Assembly: GCA_041690135.1 (NCBI GenBank)
Contig: JAWLHY010000002.1
Coordinates: 1,040,342-1,104,341, forward strand
Length of the DNA: 64,000 nucleotides
Direction: 5' to 3'
DNA from: Armatimonadota bacterium
Lineage (GTDB): Bacteria > Armatimonadota > SYMT01
Shown in pieces: positions 58,172 to 64,000 of this stretch. Within the stretch, counting starts at the first letter, position 1; the number at the start of each line of letters is the position of its first letter. Made by a program: the position numbers and the translations under genes. The notes beneath the pieces are model-generated. The model was not told the DNA's origin, did no database searches, and saw nothing but the letters and a program-made list of their open reading frames with translations.

Positions 58172-59008
58172 ATGAAGTTCACCAAAATGCACGGCCTCGG
58201 CAACGATTTCATCGTGGTCGACGGCCTCGTGGAAACGATTGTTGAGGCGGAACTTCCGGATCTCGCCCGCCGCGCCTGCGACCGCCATTTCGGAGTAGGA
58301 GCGGATGGGATCATCCTGGCGCTCCCTTCGGACAAAGCCGATTTCCGGATGCGGTTGATCAACTCCGATGGCTCCGAAGCGGAGCATTGCGGCAACGGCA
58401 TCCGCGTGATGGCCAAGCTCGTCCACGACCGCGGTCATACGCAGGCTTCCCGCATCACCGTGGAGACGATCGGGCGGATCAACGTGCTCGACCTGAACAC
58501 CGAGGACGGTAAAGTTGAGACCGTGCGTGTCGACATGGCCGAGCCGATCTTCGACCGCGGCCGGATCCCGATGACCGGTCCCGCGGAAGAAGAAGCGATC
58601 GAGGTGCCGCTGGAAGTGGGAGGCCGGACCCTCGGCTTCTCCTGCATCTCCATGGGCAACCCTCACGCGGTGACCTTCGTGGAAGACGTCGACGCCTTCC
58701 CGGTGGAGACCCTGGGCCCGCTGGTGGAGCACCACCCCGTTTTCCCGCGCCGGACCAACGTGGAGTTCATCCAGGTGCTGGGTCCCGCGGAGCTGAGGAT
58801 GCGGGTGTGGGAGCGCGGCGCCGGCATCACCCTGGCGTGCGGCACGGGAGCCTGCGCATCGCTTGTCGCCGCCGCCCGCACCGGCCGCTCCGGACGGCAC
58901 GCCACGGTCCACCTGCCCGGAGGGGACCTCCTCATCGAGTGGAGCGACGACAACCACGTTTACATGACCGGCCCCGCCGTGGAAGTCTTCCAGGGGGAGC
59001 TGATCTGA
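58172..59008 (+). CDS. dapF: Diaminopimelate epimerase
   Basis: MKFTKMHGLGNDF, GVGADG, NSDGSEAEHCGNG, SMGNPHAV, RVWERGAGITLACGTGACA. Confidence 0.97.
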   Translation: MKFTKMHGLGNDFIVVDGLVETIVEAELPDLARRACDRHFGVGADGIILALPSDKADFRMRLINSDGSEAEHCGNGIRVMAKLVHDRGHTQASRITVETIGRINVLDLNTEDGKVETVRVDMAEPIFDRGRIPMTGPAEEEAIEVPLEVGGRTLGFSCISMGNPHAVTFVEDVDAFPVETLGPLVEHHPVFPRRTNVEFIQVLGPAELRMRVWERGAGITLACGTGACASLVAAARTGRSGRHATVHLPGGDLLIEWSDDNHVYMTGPAVEVFQGELI

Positions 59009-59271
59009 AGTTCGTGAGGTTGGGTGTTCGTGCCATAGGCTTTGCTTGTGGCACGGGGGCTGCCTCGGGGCGAGTGGTGCGTATTGCGTAAGAGCCACGT
59101 GCGAAGATGGCGCTTTGGGGTCTGGGACGCCACTTTCAGGGCAGGCGGCGGCGTGATACGTGATGCGTAAGCGGACGTGCGAGGGAGCGTCCGTAATCCG
59201 GGCTATGAGGCTGCTTGCGATGGTGTCGTTGTCCGGGCATTTGGCCCATTGGGGGTGCTCGTCAGGGGCTC

Positions 59272-60114
59272 TCAGGTTTCCGCGCGTTCCGCCTCACTCG
59301 GCGTGGGAAGGTCCGCGGTTCCGGCGGCGCCCCCACACGGGATGGGATACGGCCCCATTTTGTGCGTGGGAGGGTTCTGCTTTCGCAGCCAGAAGGCCCA
59401 CCACGGCACCCGGATCGGCTTCTCGACCGCCGGCGGTTCTGTTGAACGGTACAAGATGTAGTTGAGCAGTTCGTATACAGCCATATCCTGCTCATACGCT
59501 TCCCTCGCCTCCTCGGCGCTCTGCCGATCCGAGGAGGCATCCGGCCCCTGGCTCCACCCACTGTAGCGGCGCATCAATTGCTCGATTCCCAGGCCGAGCT
59601 TCGCGGCTTGGGCCGGAGGGAACTCGAGCTTCGCGTCTTGCAACAACGTCTCGGCGGCTCGAATCGGCGCGCCGCTTATCAGGGCTGCCATCGTGGCATC
59701 GCTGGGCCGTGCGTCGATGTCCCAAGTCTGCGTGCCGCGCCGCACGCGCATCAAAGATAGGTAAGCTGCGTTCTGGCTGTCGGGAAGATGGTCGAATTCC
59801 TGCGTGCCGTGTAGGTATACTTCGGTCAACTCACCTTCCAGATGGGTGAGAGCCGTGGCGAAGCAGTCGTGAACGGTTGGGCGAACATGTTTCCCGCGGA
59901 GGCGGAAGGCCGAATCGACCGCCTGTTGACCGGAAATGAAAAATGCCAGCGCCCGGCTGCCCTCCGTTTCTCGAAGGACGAAAGCCGCAATCCCCCGGTT
60001 GGAGTCACACAGGATGTCCGCGAGCTCAACGTGAACCGCCTTCTCAGTCGCGGTTTCCTCATTTCCCTCCGCGACTCCGGGTATCTGGCTCGAATCATCC
60101 ATATCCGCCCTCAT
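59272..60114 (-). CDS. Bifunctional nuclease (DUF151) family protein
   Basis: VLRETEGSRAL.FFI....A, RPTVHD, IDARPSDA...AL....PI. Confidence 0.75.
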   Translation of the reverse strand: MRADMDDSSQIPGVAEGNEETATEKAVHVELADILCDSNRGIAAFVLRETEGSRALAFFISGQQAVDSAFRLRGKHVRPTVHDCFATALTHLEGELTEVYLHGTQEFDHLPDSQNAAYLSLMRVRRGTQTWDIDARPSDATMAALISGAPIRAAETLLQDAKLEFPPAQAAKLGLGIEQLMRRYSGWSQGPDASSDRQSAEEAREAYEQDMAVYELLNYILYRSTEPPAVEKPIRVPWWAFWLRKQNPPTHKMGPYPIPCGGAAGTADLPTPSEAERAET

Positions 60115-60242
60115 TTCTCTCGGTGCAAAAGCCGGTCATCCCTACTGTCACGCCTTACCTCGCTCCGTATATCACCCTGCGAATGTGACCTGATCACAAA
60201 GGATCCCGGGGAGGGACATTCGAACCCCATCATGCCCCCGAC

Positions 60243-60345
60243 CTCACGTTTCACGTGTCACGCCCCACCACCGCCCCAGGTCGCCTTCCCGCTTTCCAAC
60301 CGAGGCGCTGCACGTCTCTTACGCATCACGCATCACGGATCACCG
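60243..60345 (+). repeat. Heptamer tracts (TCACGNN/TTACGCA) abutting the M20 gene start
   Basis: ctcacgt ttcacgt gtcacgc ... ttacgca tcacgca tcacgga tcacc. Confidence 0.7.
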
Positions 60346-60349
60346 CACC

Positions 60350-61516
60350 ATGACCCTTGAGCGCGCTCTCCACCAAATCTCAGAGGACCGCGCCGCGGCT
60401 CTCACCCTGGAACTGGTCTCCATCCCTAGCCCTACCGGTGATACGGTGGCGGTCTCCGAGCGGTTCGCGGAGGAACTACGGGAGATCGGCATGGAGGTGG
60501 AGTTTTTCCGCCGCTTCCCGGAAACCCCCGTGGTCATCGGCCGGTACCGGGGTACCGGTGGGGGACCGACCCTCATCCTCAACGGTCACCTGGATACCGT
60601 TCCGATCCCTCACCCGGAGCCGGAGCGCCGCGACGGCCGCGTCTACGGCCGGGGCGCCATCGACATGAAGGGCCCCCTCGCCGCCGGCGTGGAAGCGGTC
60701 CGTGCCGCCGCCGAGGCCGGTCTGCGGTTCCAGGGCGACGTTGTGATCTGCGCCCACGGCCTGCACGAAGCGCCGGGCGGCCACGCGGAAGATCTCATCG
60801 CCGCCCTGGAAGAGGGAGCGGTCCGGGGCGACGCGGCGCTGGTCCTGGAGATCGGTCACGACGCGCTCCCGTTGGCGGGCCTGGGCAGCGGCATCTACCA
60901 GGCGCACTTCCGCCGCCCCGACCCGGTGACCCACGAGCTGATGACCCCCGAGGCCACCCCGCACCCCGCCTTTGCTGCCGCCGAAGCCGTCCTGGCGCTG
61001 CGGGAGCTGAACCTCCGGCTGCGGTCGAAACCCTGGGGGCTGGCCGGCCCGGAAAGCGTCTTCATCGGCCAGGTCCACTCCGGCGACTTCTTCAACCGCT
61101 TCTCCAACCACGCCTGGGTGGAAGGGACCCGCCGCTACTCCCCCGAGATGACCGCCGGCGAGACCGCCGCGGAGCTGCGGGAACTCCTCCAGCCGATCGC
61201 CGACCGTCACGGCCTCCAGCTCGACTTCCGCTTCGAGCGGGTCCGCGACGGCTTCCGCACCCCGGCCGATCACCCCTTGGTCACCGCCCTCCGCCAGGCC
61301 TTCACGGCGGAAACCGGCGCCGAGCTGCCGGTCACCGGCATCAAGATCGTGGCAGACGCGCCCGTCTTCGCGAAGGTCGGCGGGATCCCCTGCCTCTACC
61401 ACGGCCTGGACGGCGAAGGCGCCCACGGAGACCTCGAATCCGTCGCCGAAGCCGAGCTCGGCCGGGCCGCGCGCGTGTACCTCCGCACCATCGCCGCGTT
61501 CACAGGCGCTGCGTGA
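60350..61516 (+). CDS. M20 family metallo-hydrolase (ArgE/DapE-like)
   Basis: LVSIPSPTG, LILNGHLDTVP, VYGRGAIDMKG, GAHGDLE; HE in place of the usual EE motif. Confidence 0.88.
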   Translation: MTLERALHQISEDRAAALTLELVSIPSPTGDTVAVSERFAEELREIGMEVEFFRRFPETPVVIGRYRGTGGGPTLILNGHLDTVPIPHPEPERRDGRVYGRGAIDMKGPLAAGVEAVRAAAEAGLRFQGDVVICAHGLHEAPGGHAEDLIAALEEGAVRGDAALVLEIGHDALPLAGLGSGIYQAHFRRPDPVTHELMTPEATPHPAFAAAEAVLALRELNLRLRSKPWGLAGPESVFIGQVHSGDFFNRFSNHAWVEGTRRYSPEMTAGETAAELRELLQPIADRHGLQLDFRFERVRDGFRTPADHPLVTALRQAFTAETGAELPVTGIKIVADAPVFAKVGGIPCLYHGLDGEGAHGDLESVAEAELGRAARVYLRTIAAFTGAA

Positions 61517-62260
61517 GGGGAGGAGCCACAGATTGCACAGATTGGAAAGATGGAATGGGCAAAGGAGCGTGCCGAGGGGCTCCAGCTTGCTTGGTGGACC
61601 AACCGAACCCGTTTTGGTTAACTGAAGTAGCAGAGACGGGGTGCCCTTTGGGCCATGGGCGTTGGTGACGGTACGCGCATCAGGTGCACCTCGTGCATGC
61701 CATTGATCACGGTCTGCACCTGTCATGGGTTCAGAACTTGCGACTTTGGTTACCAGCCTTGGGCCTGCACACGGTGCCGCGTGCTGCCTCGCCCTGGTCG
61801 CGAAACATGTCTCCGGTGAGTCCCGTCCCTGCCCCTGGTCACGGACCGCACCGGCCATGACTGCGGGAATCGCGTCCACCGTCCACCCAATCCGGCCAGC
61901 GGCCGCTGTCTCGTGCCGGCCTGTCACGGCTGGTACGACGGTCCGATCCGATTCCCGGAGCCGGTCGCTTGCTACTGGATGGAGTACGAGGACCGGATCG
62001 CCCCGCAGGTCGGCTGCGGCTTTCCCTATCCTGTGTTGCTGGAGATCTCGCCCGACCGTTCCCGGCCGGTGGAGTATCCCTTCGTCCGCTGCCTCCACTG
62101 CGACGGCGCCGTGGTGGACGACTGGCTAGGCACCCAATCCTGGCGCGACCGCTCCCGCCCCTTCACGCACCCGGTCGATGAGGAATAGGAGAAGGGAGGA
62201 TGTTACAGTACCTGCTTGCGCCTCGGGTCAGCTACCGCCACTCTGGTTTGAGCCGCGAGC

Positions 62261-62345
62261 CCCCCTTCTCTGCGTCGGAGAAGTTTACACCCCGCGGGGG
62301 TGGGGCCGGGTACCCACGAGGTGGGTGGCGGGGATGAGGTTACCC
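62261..62345 (+). repeat. REP-like element, copy of 9714-9793
   Basis: cccccttctctgcgtcggagaagtttac.cccc..ggggt..gg.c.ggtacccacga.gtgggtggcggggatgaggt. Confidence 0.8.
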
Positions 62346-62637
62346 TGTCAGATGGAGCAATACCCTGCATCCACGAAACCCCACCGGCCGCCAACGTTAA
62401 CGAGTGGGCCCCAGTGAACATGGACCCTTCGTAATCGTGATCGTAATCGTGATCGTGTTCGAAACTGCATCCCCACTGCCCGCCGCGCCAAAGCGGCCGG
62501 GTCCAACCTTGACAACCAGTGTTCGGATATTGTGCCTTCGCCGGTTGCGGACCTATTCTGTATTCAGCGCTTCCAGGCGGTTCAGCCACGCTCTGAAATG
62601 CGGACGGGCATCCCCTTCGGCGCCTCCCGCGGCTGAA

Positions 62638-62679
62638 GGACGAAGGGCATCACCCTTGTCCGGGTGATGCCCTTCGTCC
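62638..62679. terminator. Perfect 18-bp inverted repeat downstream of terC (terminator or REP)
   Basis: GGACGAAGGGCATCACCC-TTGTCC-GGGTGATGCCCTTCGTCC; no clear U tract. Confidence 0.55.
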
Positions 62680-62813
62680 ACTCGACAACCTCTCTTGGCG
62701 GCTGGTTCCTCGATCCTTCGCCCCACCCTCCACTCCTATGCTTCTCCGTGTCACTCTCCGTGACTCCGTGCCTCGGTGGTGAAGGCCCCAATCGCGGTGC
62801 GCCGGTCGGGTTC

Positions 62814-63635
62814 CTACTTGTCCGGCACCACCTGGCTGTGCAGGTGGACCGGCTTGCCCTTCTGGGCGCGGAGGTTGAGGACCTCCACCATCACCGAGAA
62901 GGCCATGGCGAAGTAGGTATAGCCCTTGGGGATGTGCTGCTCGAACCCTTCGGCCAGGATGTTCACGCCGATGAGGACGAGGAACGCCAGGGCCAGCATC
63001 TTCACCGTAGGGTGCCGTTCCACGAAGTTGCTGATCGGGTTCACGAACACCAGCATGATCACCACGGCGATGAGGACCGCGATGATCATCACCGAGACCT
63101 GGTTCACCATGCCGATGGCAGTGATCACGGAGTCGAGCGAAAAGACGATGTCCAGCAGCAGGATCTGGAAGATCACGCTGGCGAACGTGGGGGCCGTCTT
63201 CGCGGAAACGTGGCCTTCCTCGCCTTCCAGCTTGTGATGGATCTCGTGGACCGCCTTCCACAGCAGGAACAGTCCGCCGACGATCAGGATGATGTCGCGA
63301 CCGGAGATGCCCCAGGGGTCCGCCGGATGAGCCGCGGCGCCGTGCCCGCCGCCATGCCCGGCGACGGCCGCACCCACCCCTTCCAGCGGCGCGGGGCCGA
63401 GGCGGAAGAGCGGCGTGGTGAGGCTCATCACCCAGCCCAGGGAGAGGAGCAGCAGGATGCGCGTGATCAGCGCGAGACCCAGGCCCATCTGGCGGGCCTT
63501 GGTGCGCTGCTCCGCCGGCAGCTTGCCGGACAGGATGGAGATGAAAACGATGTTGTCGATGCCCAGAACGATCTCGAGAATCGTCAGGGTCAGGAGGCCG
63601 ATCCAGGCCTGCGGGTCGGACAGCCAGTCAAACAT
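62814..63635 (-). CDS. terC: TerC family integral membrane protein
   Basis: LTILEIVLGIDNIVFI, RDIILIVGGLFLLWKA, LDIVFSLDSVITAIGM, HPTVKMLALAFL, HIPKGY.YFAMAFS. Confidence 0.93.
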   Translation of the reverse strand: MFDWLSDPQAWIGLLTLTILEIVLGIDNIVFISILSGKLPAEQRTKARQMGLGLALITRILLLLSLGWVMSLTTPLFRLGPAPLEGVGAAVAGHGGGHGAAAHPADPWGISGRDIILIVGGLFLLWKAVHEIHHKLEGEEGHVSAKTAPTFASVIFQILLLDIVFSLDSVITAIGMVNQVSVMIIAVLIAVVIMLVFVNPISNFVERHPTVKMLALAFLVLIGVNILAEGFEQHIPKGYTYFAMAFSVMVEVLNLRAQKGKPVHLHSQVVPDK

Positions 63636-63698
63636 GTTGGGTGCTCGTTACGTCGCTATGGGTCAGAAGAACCTTCGGCACCCCTCCCGCTGCGATCA

Positions 63699-63750
63699 GG
63701 GTTGCAAGTTGGAAGGTTAGTAGGTTGGAAGGTTGGAAGGTTGGAAGGTT
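63699..63750 (+). repeat. Octamer tandem repeats (AGGTTGGA)
   Basis: aagttgga aggttagt aggttgga aggttgga aggttgga in the terC upstream region. Confidence 0.8.
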
Positions 63751-64000
63751 TGGAGCCCCCTTCGTGGGCTGGAGATTGAAGCCGTTCTAGGGTTCGCCAC
63801 GGATCGTCGCCCGGGCTCCCTTCGTCCGGCGTATTTAACGGAGCTTCGGCGGAATGGTCACGCACGCGCGGTAAGTATGCCTTATTTCGCGATATCCAAT
63901 GCAAGACCGCACAGGGTCGGAGTCAAACCGCGGCGGTTCTCCCAAACTCCCAGTGGTCCACCCTACCGGTATCGGTGTCGATCAGCACCAGGCGCTTCCA

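Noticed and set aside
63636-63900. Possible yybP-ykoY Mn riboswitch upstream of terC
   Set aside because: I could not find the conserved GGGGAGUAGC and L1/L3 motifs.
1-64000. tRNA/rRNA genes, transposases, integrases, reverse transcriptase, prophage genes
   Set aside because: No supporting motifs seen in the sequence or the ORF track.

Overview
High-GC bacterial window. The DUF1559/H-X9-DG prepilins and gene style suggest Armatimonadota or a PVC-like diderm (inference only). Left end: a probable cas3 C-terminus, then cas4-cas1-cas2 (type I-C-like) and a 6.5-kb CRISPR array (about 88 repeats of 37 bp by manual count). The repeats change in blocks with compensatory, partly loop-inverted hairpins. 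Next come a repeat-rich interval, ftsK, an M16 peptidase pair-TPR-DciA operon, a type II secretion-like cluster on the minus strand (gspE-F-G-H-I-J-K-L-M, two GspC-like genes, gspD), a VIT-VWA gene and mgtE/corA. A SelW/Rdx selenoprotein (CxxU plus SECIS-like hairpin) is truncated in the ORF track. A corrinoid island holds cobQ, three DUF1559 prepilin genes and btuFCD; its cobalamin riboswitch controls a prepilin-like gene in the position usually held by btuB. The right end has hfq-dapF, DUF151, an M20 hydrolase and terC. Intergenic DNA is full of short tandem repeats (6-9-mers), REP-like palindromes and a recurrent ~20-nt GGGTACCC micro-hairpin nested inside other repeats. All calls come from motif recognition by eye; no database searches were run.
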